Below are positions 31,882-41,406 of a DNA stretch of 64,000 bases, one piece after another; within the stretch, counting starts at the first letter, position 1; the number at the start of each line of letters is the position of its first letter. The DNA lies in NCBI GenBank assembly GCA_965207885.1, contig OZ242311.1:4032001-4096000 (forward strand), read 5' to 3'. The notes beneath the pieces are model-generated. The model saw only the letters and a program-made list of their open reading frames with translations, had not been told where the DNA came from and ran no database searches. A program made the position numbers and the translations under genes. This DNA is from Candidatus Latescibacterota bacterium. Lineage in GTDB: Bacteria; Latescibacterota; UBA2968.

Positions 31882-32844
31882 ATGTCCCTACCCTCTGAAA
31901 TCCTGATCAAAATGTACCGCGCCATGCTCCGCATCCGCCGTTTTGAAGAACAAATCTGGGAAGTCTATACCGGCGGACTCATGCACGGACTGGCGCACCT
32001 CTACATCGGCGAAGAAGCCGTTGCCGTGGGCGTTTGCGCTGCACTGCGCGACGACGACTTCATCACCAGCACCCACCGCGGGCACGGGCACTGCGTTGCC
32101 AAAGGCGGGAACCTCGAAGCCATGATGGCCGAAGTGATGGGCCGCGTCACGGGCCACTGCCGCGGCAAAGGCGGCTCCATGCACATCGCCGACATGTCCG
32201 TTGGCATCCTCGGCGCAAATGGCATTGTCGGCGGCGGATTTGGCATCGCCACAGGCGCAGCACTCTCAGCCCAAAAACGCGGCACCGACCAGGTTGCCGT
32301 CTGCTTCTTTGGCGACGGTGCCTCCAATCAGGGCATCTTCTTCGAAGTCATGAACTTCGCCGCAATATGGAAACTCCCGGTCATCTACGTCTGCGAAAAC
32401 AACCACTACGGCGAATACACCCCCACCGGAAACGTCACCGCAGGTAAAAGCATCGCCGATCGCTCCCTCCCCTTCGGCATTCCCAGCACAACCGTAGATG
32501 GCAGCGACGCCATTGCCGTGTACGAAGCCACTGCCCAGGCCGTTGAACGCGCGAGAAAGGGCGATGGCGCCACACTCATCGAATGCGACACATACCGCTA
32601 TCGCGGGCACCACGTTGGCGACCCCGGGGAAGGCTATCGCTCAAAAGAAGAAATTGAATCATGGATGGCCAAAGATCCCATCCAGCAGCTTCGCACAAAA
32701 ATCTTAGACGACAACATCGCCTCCGGAGCCGAACTCGATGCGGAAGAGCGCGAAGTTAAAAAAGAAATGGAAAACGCGCTCGAAGCTGCCAAAGCCGCGC
32801 CTTATCCCGATGTTGAGGAGGTCAATCAACATGTCTATGCGTGA
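31882..32844 (+). CDS. TPP-dependent dehydrogenase E1 alpha (AcoA-like)
   Basis: HLYIGEEA, STHRGHGH, GKGGSMH, GDGA..ENN, YRYRGH. Confidence 0.93.
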   Translation: MSLPSEILIKMYRAMLRIRRFEEQIWEVYTGGLMHGLAHLYIGEEAVAVGVCAALRDDDFITSTHRGHGHCVAKGGNLEAMMAEVMGRVTGHCRGKGGSMHIADMSVGILGANGIVGGGFGIATGAALSAQKRGTDQVAVCFFGDGASNQGIFFEVMNFAAIWKLPVIYVCENNHYGEYTPTGNVTAGKSIADRSLPFGIPSTTVDGSDAIAVYEATAQAVERARKGDGATLIECDTYRYRGHHVGDPGEGYRSKEEIESWMAKDPIQQLRTKILDDNIASGAELDAEEREVKKEMENALEAAKAAPYPDVEEVNQHVYA

Positions 32845-33835
32845 AATGACTTATGGCGAAGCCGTCAAAGAAGCCATGGCCGAAGAAATGCGCCGCGATC
32901 CCACGGTCTTTCTCATGGGCGAAGATGTCGGCAAAGCAGGCACGGTCTTCAAAGTACTCCTCGGTTTGCACGACGAATTTGGCGACAACCGCGTCATCGA
33001 CACGCCCATTGCAGAAGCGGGTCTCGTCGGCCTTGGCGTTGGTGCTGCACTTACCGGCTCGCGCCCCATTGTCGATATCATGTTTGGCGACTTCATCACC
33101 CTGGCAATGGACCAGATCGTAAACCAGGCCGCCAAACTGCGCTACATGTCCGGTGGTCAGGCCATCGTGCCCATCACCATCCGCTCCACAATGGGCGCAG
33201 GGCGCTCCTCTGCCGCGCAGCATTCGCAAAGCTTGCACGCCTGGCTCGCGCACATCCCCGGCCTCAAAGTCGCCATTCCCTCCACACCCGCCGACGCCAA
33301 GGGCCTCTTCAAAACCGCCGTTAGAGACGACAACCCCGTCGTCATTTACGAAGACAAAATGATGTACGCCCTCAAAGGCATGGTGCCCACAGAAGAAGAC
33401 TACACCATACCCTTTGGACAGGCCGACATCAAACGCGAAGGCGACGACATCACCCTCATCGCCACATCGAGCATGGTTCACGTCGCCCTCGAAGCTGCCG
33501 ATGCACTTGCCGAACAGGGCATCAGTGCCGAAGTCGTTGACCCGCGCACCCTCGTTCCGCTCGACAGAGAAACCCTCATCGAATCCGTGGTCAAAACCAC
33601 CCGTGCCGTCATCATCGACGAAGGCTATAAAAATTTTGGTATCACAGGGGAAATCGCCTCCATCGTCTATAACGGCGCCTTTGACTACATCGACGCACCC
33701 ATCGTTCGCCTCGGCGCAATGGACGTACCCGTTCCATTTAGCAAACCCCTCGAAGACGCCACAATCCCCACGCCCGGAGATGTGATCAAAGCCGTGCAGG
33801 ACATGAAAATCATCCGCAGAAAAAAACGCGAATGA
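32831..33835 (+). CDS. TPP-dependent dehydrogenase E1 beta (AcoB-like)
   Basis: GEDVG, DTPIAE, AQHSQ, EVVDPRTL.PLD. Confidence 0.93.
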   Translation: MSMREMTYGEAVKEAMAEEMRRDPTVFLMGEDVGKAGTVFKVLLGLHDEFGDNRVIDTPIAEAGLVGLGVGAALTGSRPIVDIMFGDFITLAMDQIVNQAAKLRYMSGGQAIVPITIRSTMGAGRSSAAQHSQSLHAWLAHIPGLKVAIPSTPADAKGLFKTAVRDDNPVVIYEDKMMYALKGMVPTEEDYTIPFGQADIKREGDDITLIATSSMVHVALEAADALAEQGISAEVVDPRTLVPLDRETLIESVVKTTRAVIIDEGYKNFGITGEIASIVYNGAFDYIDAPIVRLGAMDVPVPFSKPLEDATIPTPGDVIKAVQDMKIIRRKKRE

Positions 33836-33844
33836 GCGGTGTAC

Positions 33845-33868
33845 AACTGGCCGACTCTCAGGCCAGTT
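33845..33868. terminator. Hairpin after the dehydrogenase operon
   Basis: AACTGGCC-gactctca-GGCCAGTT. Confidence 0.5.
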
Positions 33869-33869
33869 C

Positions 33870-33902
33870 ATTTGAGCGTTTTACGCAGATGGACGCAGAT
33901 AA
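33870..33902 (+). repeat. Dispersed small repeat element (CAGAT-repeat type), copy 1
   Basis: 27/33 identical to the reverse complement of 63641-63673; flanked by the 11-bp direct repeat AGGCCAGTTCA (33860, 33948). Confidence 0.6.
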
Positions 33903-33988
33903 GATCAAGATCACAGCAGGCAATGTAGTGGTGTGTGTACGTTCCCAAGGCCAGTTCAAAAAAGTCACTCCAACAGGATGCGAACAGT

Positions 33989-35812
33989 ATGATCGACGCA
34001 AAGATAATGATTGTTGAAGACAATGCCTCCGATGCCGCACACCTCGAAAAATGCCTGAAGAATTTGGGATACACAGTGTACGCCGCGGTTTCGTGCAGGC
34101 GTCAAGCCATTGAAAAAGCCGCAGACCTGTGTCCCGACCTGGCCCTGATCAATCTCAAGCTCAAAGGGGAGATCACCGGCCCTGAAGTAGCTGATCAGAT
34201 CGGCAACCGGTTCGATGTCCCTGTGTTATATCTGACTGACGAAGCTGAGGGAGACCCGTTGCTACAGACACAGGCGACCAACCCCTTTCGGCTTGTGATG
34301 AGGCCGTTCGAGGAGCGGCAACTGCACCTGAACATCCAAACCGCCCTTGCGATGCACGAGAGGGAAAACAGGCACAAAGAGACAGAGGTCAGGTTGAAAC
34401 AAACAATCAACAAATTGGAAGATGTCACCCACCTCATGGAAGCGGTATTCAACAGCATGGATGAGGGTGTGGTTGCGGTTGATGAAAACGGGACATTCAT
34501 GTTTTACAATTCAAGCGCGAGGCGGATCGCCGGTGACCATCCGGAGCCAGTAGAAGCAGATATCTACAAATGGGCTGAAATGTACGGTATTTTCAAGCCC
34601 AATGGAGAACTGTTTGGTTCGTTGGATGATGATAGTCCGCTTGGCATTGCCTTGAAAGGCGGAACAGCGGACGAGGTCGAAGTATTCTTACGCAACGAAT
34701 TTAAGCCGGAAGGCGTTCACATCAGGGGTAGCAGCAGACCTCTTTTGAGAGAAACAGGTGTTTTGAAGGGGGCCGTGCTCGTCTTCCGCGACATCACCAG
34801 AGAGATAGAGGCCGAGCAGATGAAGGCCGAGTTGCTGCGCTTGCGCTCCGAGTTGGAGACGGCCAGTTTATTTCCCAGCCTGATCGGCACCAGTTCCGTA
34901 ATGCAGGATATATACAAGCTAATTCAGCAGGCCGCCGAAAGCGATATCACGGTGTTGATTAGCGGTGAGAGCGGCACAGGCAAGGAATTGGTAGCCAACT
35001 CATTGCACGCCTACAGCCTGCGCAAGGATGAGCCGTTCGTGGCCCTCGATTGCGCCGCCATTCCTGAAACGCTCATCGAAAGCGAGTTATTCGGACATGA
35101 ACAAGGGGCTTTCACGGGAGCGACGGCGCAGAGAATCGGAGCCTTCGAGCGCGCCAATGGCGGCACGCTGTTTCTCGACGAGATCGGCGACATGCCGTAT
35201 GTCCTGCAAGGCAAGCTATTGCGCGTTTTGCAGGAGCGGGAAATCCCGCGGATCGGAGGAACATCTCCCATTCCCATCGACATCCGCGTGATAACAGCGA
35301 CCAACAAGGACCTGGAGCGCGCAGTAAATGCAGGCACGTTCCGCCAGGATCTGTTCTATCGCATCGCGGCCTTCCCCATCACGATTCCGCCTCTGAGAGA
35401 GCGGCATGAAGATATTCCCCTGCTGGCCAAGCATTTTCTCGAAAAATACACTGTCCAGGCTGGCAAATCCATAAGCGACATTTCTACCCTTGCCCTGCGC
35501 CTGTTGCTTCAGTACAATTGGCCGGGCAATGTGCGCGAACTGGAGAACGCCATAGCGCGCGCCGTACTGTTGGAGACGACCGGGGTGCTGCAAGCAGATA
35601 ACCTGCCGTCTCAGCTATCGCCGGCCGTTGCTTTGGGAAGAGACCTCTCTGCACCACTGGCGATCCTGCCGCTGGCCGAGATCGAGCGACAGGCCCTGAT
35701 CCACGCACTCGAGGCCACGGACAACAACATTACTCAGGCCGCCCAAGCACTGGGTATTAATCGGGTGACCCTGTACCGGAAGTTAAAGAAATACAACATT
35801 GTCAGGGATTGA
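33989..35812 (+). CDS. Sigma54-dependent activator (REC-PAS-AAA+-Fis HTH)
   Basis: [23 protein letters not shown]-terminal Fis HTH; the receiver phosphoacceptor position appears to be Asn (LALINLKL). Confidence 0.93.
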   Translation: MIDAKIMIVEDNASDAAHLEKCLKNLGYTVYAAVSCRRQAIEKAADLCPDLALINLKLKGEITGPEVADQIGNRFDVPVLYLTDEAEGDPLLQTQATNPFRLVMRPFEERQLHLNIQTALAMHERENRHKETEVRLKQTINKLEDVTHLMEAVFNSMDEGVVAVDENGTFMFYNSSARRIAGDHPEPVEADIYKWAEMYGIFKPNGELFGSLDDDSPLGIALKGGTADEVEVFLRNEFKPEGVHIRGSSRPLLRETGVLKGAVLVFRDITREIEAEQMKAELLRLRSELETASLFPSLIGTSSVMQDIYKLIQQAAESDITVLISGESGTGKELVANSLHAYSLRKDEPFVALDCAAIPETLIESELFGHEQGAFTGATAQRIGAFERANGGTLFLDEIGDMPYVLQGKLLRVLQEREIPRIGGTSPIPIDIRVITATNKDLERAVNAGTFRQDLFYRIAAFPITIPPLRERHEDIPLLAKHFLEKYTVQAGKSISDISTLALRLLLQYNWPGNVRELENAIARAVLLETTGVLQADNLPSQLSPAVALGRDLSAPLAILPLAEIERQALIHALEATDNNITQAAQALGINRVTLYRKLKKYNIVRD

Positions 35813-35972
35813 ACCGAACAAGTGATCTGGCCTGAGCACCGTCGAATTTCCTGCTTTTGCCATCCCAACTGCAAGTCGGTCTTTGTCTTCAGTACGCGAT
35901 ATTCCACCTTCTCCTGTTAGACCGGCCTCTGGGATGAGTTCGCATTGAGTATGTATTTCAAAATGTATCACT

Positions 35973-36107
35973 TGTTTTAAATTGCAACAAATCCTCTATT
36001 TCCCACCTTCAATTTTCCCATAAATCATTTATAAACAGATATTTATCGTATATCTAACTCAGTGGATATGCGTTTCCAGGCAGTTTGAAGTGTCGCATTC
36101 TGCAACA
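35973..36107. promoter_or_regulatory. Candidate enhancer (UAS) sites for the sigma54 activator
   Basis: Two TGT-N11-ACA boxes ending TGCAACA (35973-35989, 36091-36107) upstream of the -24/-12 promoter. Confidence 0.5.
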
Positions 36108-36183
36108 CTTCAAAAATCTGCGAATCATCTCCCACCTGCTCTAACTCCTTCATATTCAAAGAATTAGCTCGTTTGTTACAAAC

Positions 36184-36199
36184 TGGCACGATTTTTGCA
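36184..36199 (+). promoter_or_regulatory. Sigma54 -24/-12 promoter
   Basis: TGGCACG-ATTT-TTGCA, an exact consensus match. Confidence 0.85.
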
Positions 36200-36419
36200 T
36201 ATATTGGATTGGATAAGCAAAAAATCGGTTCGACACTATTCTACATAATTCCCTTCGCGAAAGAAGGTTTTGGCGTCTAAAAATAGGGAAGATTTACGCT
36301 GAGAATGGATTAGCAAAGATGCCGGAAAGCGTATCATTTTTTGCTATCATCAGTAGATAAGACAGGTACGCGGTAAGATGTGTCAGCTTGGCCAAAAAAT
36401 GATACGCAAAGGAGATGTC

Positions 36420-37430
36420 ATGACCGCTGAAACAAAAGGTACACTTCGCCAGATCGCTTTTTTTTATGCCCTGTGCGCTGTTGTCGGCGTGTTGCTATCC
36501 CTTATCGACTTTCAGGGCATTCGCGATGCGCTGGAACTCAGCACTGGCAGCTACTCAGAAAATATGAAGAAAGAATGGACATTTTCCAAAGAGGACGACA
36601 CGAATAAGGGGATTGGTACTGGCGGCTATATCGACAATTTAAAGTTTGGCGCAGTTTTTTTTGCCCTGTTCTTTATTCTTTTTGAATACGTCATCCTCAA
36701 ATTGCAACGCCGCGCCGACTCTTATGACTGGAAGGACTCCGGTGCGTCATTCGCTATTTATCTCTTTAACGGCCTTCTTGCCCCACTGACCTTGATCTTT
36801 CAGTTTGGCCTACTCAAATGGGTAGAACCCTACGCCCTATTTCAAATCAACGATGGTCTGATTCCCTTTTTGCTCACCTTTTTACTCGCTGAGGGCGCGT
36901 ACTACTGGTACCATCGTCTGAGTCACGAAGTGCCCGTTTTGTGGGCGATACACCACACCCATCACTCCGCCCAAACATTGAATCTGTCCGTTGCGTATAG
37001 ACTGAACACGCTGGGCAGAATCGTTTCTCCCGTGACCTACGTCCCCATGATCATTTTTGGCTTCAAGCCCGAGTACATTCTCGGCGCGCTGGCCCTATCG
37101 CTGGTCTATCAGTTCTTTATCCACACGCAAACAATCGGCAAACTCTGCGTGTTCGAGAGCTCGGGTTTTAATACCCCGAGTTTGCACCGCGTTCACCACG
37201 GTCGCAATGACTGGTGTATCGACAAAAATTACGCCGGTGTGCTAATTTTATGGGATTATATTTTTGGTACTTTTCAGCGCGAAATTGGTCCCATTGACTA
37301 CGGTGTGACTACGGGACATTATAGCTATAATCCCATTAAGCTGATGCTCGGACCCCTGAACGAGTGGGCGAGGGGCCGTTTCTTCCGAGAACGCGAGAAC
37401 GCCGATCGGGCGTCTCAAGAGAAATCGTAG
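36420..37430 (+). CDS. Sterol desaturase/fatty acid hydroxylase family (alkylglycerol monooxygenase-like)
   Basis: His boxes HRLSH, HHTHH, HT, HRVHH; DKNYAG..IWD..FGTF; RBS AAGGAG. Confidence 0.9.
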   Translation: MTAETKGTLRQIAFFYALCAVVGVLLSLIDFQGIRDALELSTGSYSENMKKEWTFSKEDDTNKGIGTGGYIDNLKFGAVFFALFFILFEYVILKLQRRADSYDWKDSGASFAIYLFNGLLAPLTLIFQFGLLKWVEPYALFQINDGLIPFLLTFLLAEGAYYWYHRLSHEVPVLWAIHHTHHSAQTLNLSVAYRLNTLGRIVSPVTYVPMIIFGFKPEYILGALALSLVYQFFIHTQTIGKLCVFESSGFNTPSLHRVHHGRNDWCIDKNYAGVLILWDYIFGTFQREIGPIDYGVTTGHYSYNPIKLMLGPLNEWARGRFFRERENADRASQEKS

Positions 37431-37446
37431 TGAAAGGAGAATATCA

Positions 37447-37836
37447 ATGAAGCAAACAGTGTTTCTCGCTATCCTGTTTTTTGCATCCACCGCCTGGGCA
37501 GATGAACCGGATGTATCACAGCTCGAAGCGCGCCTGCAAGAAACCAAATCGAGGCTCGGTCTCACTGAGGAACAGATGGCGCAGTTGAAACCGATTTTTG
37601 CGGATCATTTTGACGCGCAGATGGCGATTCTGGACAAATACGGCCTTAACGCCGAAAATCGCGACAACCGACCCGATGCGCAGACGCTACGTGCCCTGCG
37701 CCAGGAACTCGACGAAAACAAGACCAACACCTCAAAGCGTTTGTCGGGCATTCTTTCCAAAACGCAACTGGCCGAGTTTGAAAAAATTCAGAAAGAGTAT
37801 AGAGATTTGATACGAAAAAAATTGCGATCAAGGTAG
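37447..37836 (+). CDS. Secreted helical protein (Spy/CpxP-like)
   Basis: Signal peptide; LGLTEEQ..ILS..Q motifs. Confidence 0.55.
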   Translation: MKQTVFLAILFFASTAWADEPDVSQLEARLQETKSRLGLTEEQMAQLKPIFADHFDAQMAILDKYGLNAENRDNRPDAQTLRALRQELDENKTNTSKRLSGILSKTQLAEFEKIQKEYRDLIRKKLRSR

Positions 37837-37858
37837 CTCTATATGATCGAAATAAGGA

Positions 37859-38470
37859 GTGATAAATATGGTAAAACGTTTACTTGCAATCTTGTTACTT
37901 GTGATTATTTCAAGTGTGTGTATAACTGCTGAAGAATATAAACGCATAGGATGGGTCAAAAAGGGAGATGCGGAAGTATTTTTGAAGTATGAAAAAACGG
38001 AATCAAAAGATTATGAAGACTTTTATCAGTTGACCTTGAAGTGTGGTGAGGACGGTAAATTAGAGACAATGATTACAATAGGACGTTCTCCTAAGGAGTG
38101 GATCACTAAGAATGCAAGACAAGGAGAAGTGAGGGTGGAATACCAATTTAATCGAAATTCGGTTTTGGAAGATGTGTGGAGGTATTTAGAAGAATCCAGA
38201 AATAAGGCGACAATCACTGTTGCCAGTCACCCAAATTTCTGGACGTTCTACCCTCCTAATCCAAGAGATTTTGCTCATAAGTTGCTGCGGGTTATGGAAG
38301 GTGAAAAAACGCAATTCCGATTCCGAGAAACTCACAAGTTGTTGATTAATATGGAAGGTAAACCGTTATACCAAGAAACAGGACAGGATACGTTGCATTT
38401 TGATTTACGGGGGGATGCGGATGCGCGTGCTGTGCGGGATGTGTTGAGCAAATGTAAGGCATTACCCTGA
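37859..38470 (+). CDS. Secreted hypothetical protein (AT-rich)
   Basis: Signal peptide, RBS AAGGAG, no recognised domain. Confidence 0.6.
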   Translation: MINMVKRLLAILLLVIISSVCITAEEYKRIGWVKKGDAEVFLKYEKTESKDYEDFYQLTLKCGEDGKLETMITIGRSPKEWITKNARQGEVRVEYQFNRNSVLEDVWRYLEESRNKATITVASHPNFWTFYPPNPRDFAHKLLRVMEGEKTQFRFRETHKLLINMEGKPLYQETGQDTLHFDLRGDADARAVRDVLSKCKALP

Positions 38471-38485
38471 AACGAAAGGGCAAAG

Positions 38486-40807
38486 ATGAATACCCACAGG
38501 CTTTATCACAAAAGGAGAAGTACTGTAATGAACAAGATATTATTTGCTTGTGCCCTGTTTATACTAACTCTGGCGCAACCATTCTCAAGCGCATTTTGTC
38601 AAGTAACAGTAGATCCTATCGTCACTCTTGGAGACGGAGGGCATACGAATGGGGTCATTTCTGTATCATTTTCTCCGGATGGTAAGACACTGGCTTCAGG
38701 GTCTGCGGATGATACGGTCAAGTTATGGGACGTAGCGACAAGGCAAAATATCGCCACGCTCTCAGGGCATAGGGGAAATGTCACTTCTGTCTCATTTTCC
38801 CCGGATGGCAAGACACTGGCTTCAGGGTCTGCGGATGATACGATCAGGCTGTGGGACGTAGCGACAGGGCAAAATATCGCCACGCTCTCAGGGCATAGGG
38901 ACTGGGTCAATTCTGTGTCATTTTCTCCGGATGGCAAGATACTGGCTTCTGGGTCTTCGGATGATACAGTCATACTGTGGGATGTGGGATTAGGCGCACC
39001 TATCATTACCCTTGTAGGACATGATCATTGGGTCATTGATGTATCATTTTCTCCGGATGGTAAGACACTGGCTTCTGGGTCAAGGGATGGTACTGTCAAG
39101 CTGTGGGACGTTGTAACAAGGCGACATATCGCCACGCTCTCAGGGCATAGGGATCGTGTCCATTCTGTGTCATTTTCCCCAGATGGCAAGATACTGGCTT
39201 CTGGGTCTTCAGATGATACAGTCATACTGTGGGATGTGGGATTAGGCGCACCTATCATTACCCTTGTAGGACATAGGGGAAATGTCTTTTCTGTATCATT
39301 TTCCCCGGATGGTCAGATACTGGCTTCTGGGTCTTCAGATGATACGATCAGGATGTGGGACGTTGTAACAAGGCGACATATCGCCACGCTCTCAGGGCAT
39401 AGGGAAAATGTCACTTCTGTATCATTTTCCCCAGATGGCAAGACACTGGCTTCTGGGTCTTGGGATGAAACAGTCATACTGTGGGACGTAGCGATAAGGG
39501 AAAAGATTGCTACCTTTGGGGGAGCCATGCATAGGGATCGTGTCCGTTCTGTATCATTTTCCCCAGATGGTCAGATACTGGCTTCTGGGTCTTTGGATGG
39601 TACGGTCATACTGTGGGATGTTGTAACAAGGCAAAGTATCGCCACGCTCTCACATTGGGAATATGTCCGTTCTGTATCATTTTCCCCAGATGGCAAGACA
39701 CTGGCTTCAAGGATTTGGCCGAAGACGGTCAAGTTGTGGGACATCGCCACGCTTTCAGGACGTACGTATCATCAGGTCATTTCTGTGAAATTTTCCCCGG
39801 ATGGCAAGACACTGGTTGTGTTAAGGAAAAGTGATGATACAGCCGAACTGTGGGATGTGGGATTAGGCGCACCTATCGTTACCCTTGGACCGATCTATTC
39901 TGTATCATTTTCCCCGGATGGCAAGACACTGGCTTCATGGTTATGGAATTCGGATGCAGTCAAGTTGTGGGACGTAGCGACAGGACAAAATATCGCCACG
40001 CTCTCAGACGGGTATCTGGTCTATTCTGCGTCATTTTCCCCAGATGGCAAGACACTGGTTGAACACGGTTATACAGTCAAGTTGTGGGATGTAGCGACAG
40101 GACAAAATATCGCCAGGCTCTCAGGACATACGCATCGTGTCAATTCTGTATCACTTTCCCCGGATGGTCAGATACTGGCTTCTGGGTCTTCGGATAATAC
40201 GATCATGCTGTGGGACGTAGCGACAGGGCAAAATATCGCCACGCTCTCAGGACATACGAATCCGGTCATTGATGTATCATTTTCTCCAGATGGCAAGACA
40301 CTGGCTTCAGAGTCTTCGGAGGATAATACGATCATGCTGTGGGATGTAGCGACAAGGCGACATATCGCCACGATTACATTCGACCGTACCTTTTTTATAT
40401 CATTTTCCCCGGATGGCCAGACACTGGCTTCATGGTATCCGGATAATACGGTCAAACTGTGGGACGTAGCGACAGGGCAAAATATCGCCACGCTCTCAGG
40501 ACATAGGGGAGATGTCAATTCTGTATCATTTTCCCCGGATGGTCAGATACTGGCTTCTGGGTCTTATGATAATACAGTCAAGCTGTGGGATGTATCAGAG
40601 TGGAATACATTGGTGGAGAAAGCCCCCACGCCCGACTTTGATGGGAATGGGCAGGTTGAGTTTGCAGATTTTTTGGCATTTGTAGAGAAGTTCGGGACAA
40701 GTCGAGGCGATTCGGGTTACGACGCAAAATACGACCTGGATGGCGATGGCGCGATTGGGTTCGGGGATTTTCTGATTTTTGCTAACAGTTTTGGCTCTGC
40801 GGGGTAA
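38486..40807 (+). CDS. Secreted WD40-repeat protein (16 repeats) with C-terminal EF-hand/dockerin-like module
   Basis: 16 units of GH..V.SVSFSPDG..LASGS.D.TV.LWD; DFDGNGQVEFADF..DLDGDGAIGFGDF; true start probably 38528. Confidence 0.92.
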   Translation: MNTHRLYHKRRSTVMNKILFACALFILTLAQPFSSAFCQVTVDPIVTLGDGGHTNGVISVSFSPDGKTLASGSADDTVKLWDVATRQNIATLSGHRGNVTSVSFSPDGKTLASGSADDTIRLWDVATGQNIATLSGHRDWVNSVSFSPDGKILASGSSDDTVILWDVGLGAPIITLVGHDHWVIDVSFSPDGKTLASGSRDGTVKLWDVVTRRHIATLSGHRDRVHSVSFSPDGKILASGSSDDTVILWDVGLGAPIITLVGHRGNVFSVSFSPDGQILASGSSDDTIRMWDVVTRRHIATLSGHRENVTSVSFSPDGKTLASGSWDETVILWDVAIREKIATFGGAMHRDRVRSVSFSPDGQILASGSLDGTVILWDVVTRQSIATLSHWEYVRSVSFSPDGKTLASRIWPKTVKLWDIATLSGRTYHQVISVKFSPDGKTLVVLRKSDDTAELWDVGLGAPIVTLGPIYSVSFSPDGKTLASWLWNSDAVKLWDVATGQNIATLSDGYLVYSASFSPDGKTLVEHGYTVKLWDVATGQNIARLSGHTHRVNSVSLSPDGQILASGSSDNTIMLWDVATGQNIATLSGHTNPVIDVSFSPDGKTLASESSEDNTIMLWDVATRRHIATITFDRTFFISFSPDGQTLASWYPDNTVKLWDVATGQNIATLSGHRGDVNSVSFSPDGQILASGSYDNTVKLWDVSEWNTLVEKAPTPDFDGNGQVEFADFLAFVEKFGTSRGDSGYDAKYDLDGDGAIGFGDFLIFANSFGSAG

Positions 40808-40966
40808 AATAGAGGATGATAGAGGTTGAACAAACGCGCGCCCTGGAGGAAAGTTTATCACTTATGTGGAGTAATTCATTTTCTGGAGAATCTCAAAAAA
40901 GGAGATGGCTAAAAGACCATCCCCTTAACTTATTTCGGTGCTTCGGCACTATTGTATATCATTCCC

Positions 40967-41022
40967 AAAAAAAGCAATCTGGCGAAGCGTACCTTTTGTT
41001 TGGGCGTTCATGACATCTCCTT
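40967..41022 (-). pseudogene. Inverted 5' stub (RBS plus ~15 codons) of the desaturase gene
   Basis: Reverse complement matches 36409-36464 at 51/56; reads MNAQTKGTLRQIAFF versus MTAETKGTLRQIAFF, then stops. Confidence 0.75.
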
Positions 41023-41027
41023 GGAGT

Positions 41028-41064
41028 GAGACGCCGGAAGCGTTTCTCGGTGTTCCGGCGTCTC
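41028..41064. other. 12-bp perfect hairpin
   Basis: GAGACGCCGGAA-N13-TTCCGGCGTCTC. Confidence 0.6.
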
Positions 41065-41406
41065 GGTAAAACCTCGCTGTCAGAGAGTACCCCATTCTCC
41101 GACGCCCATAAATTTAGGGTATTCGCCCAGGATACGCAATCCACTTGTCCCCAGACGACATATACGTTTCAACAGCTGCGCGAGTGATATGCAAAATCGA
41201 GCTTGATAAATTCGATTCTCAATATATCTTCATTGTCTCTACTATCCCATGAATACTGAGGACACTTCAATGTCTGGCAAACAGAATCATGGAGAAAGCT
41301 TGGGATGCGGATTCAATGATCAGGAACGCGAAGGCGTTGCAGCGTGTAGTGAAGGAATTGAAAAAGAACAGGTCCGAACCATTGCTATATTAAAATCGGA
41401 GGAAGG

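Noticed and set aside
38640-40590. WD40 DNA repeats as a CRISPR array or DGR target
   Set aside because: They are in-frame coding repeats of about 126 bp with no spacer structure and no adenine-restricted variation.
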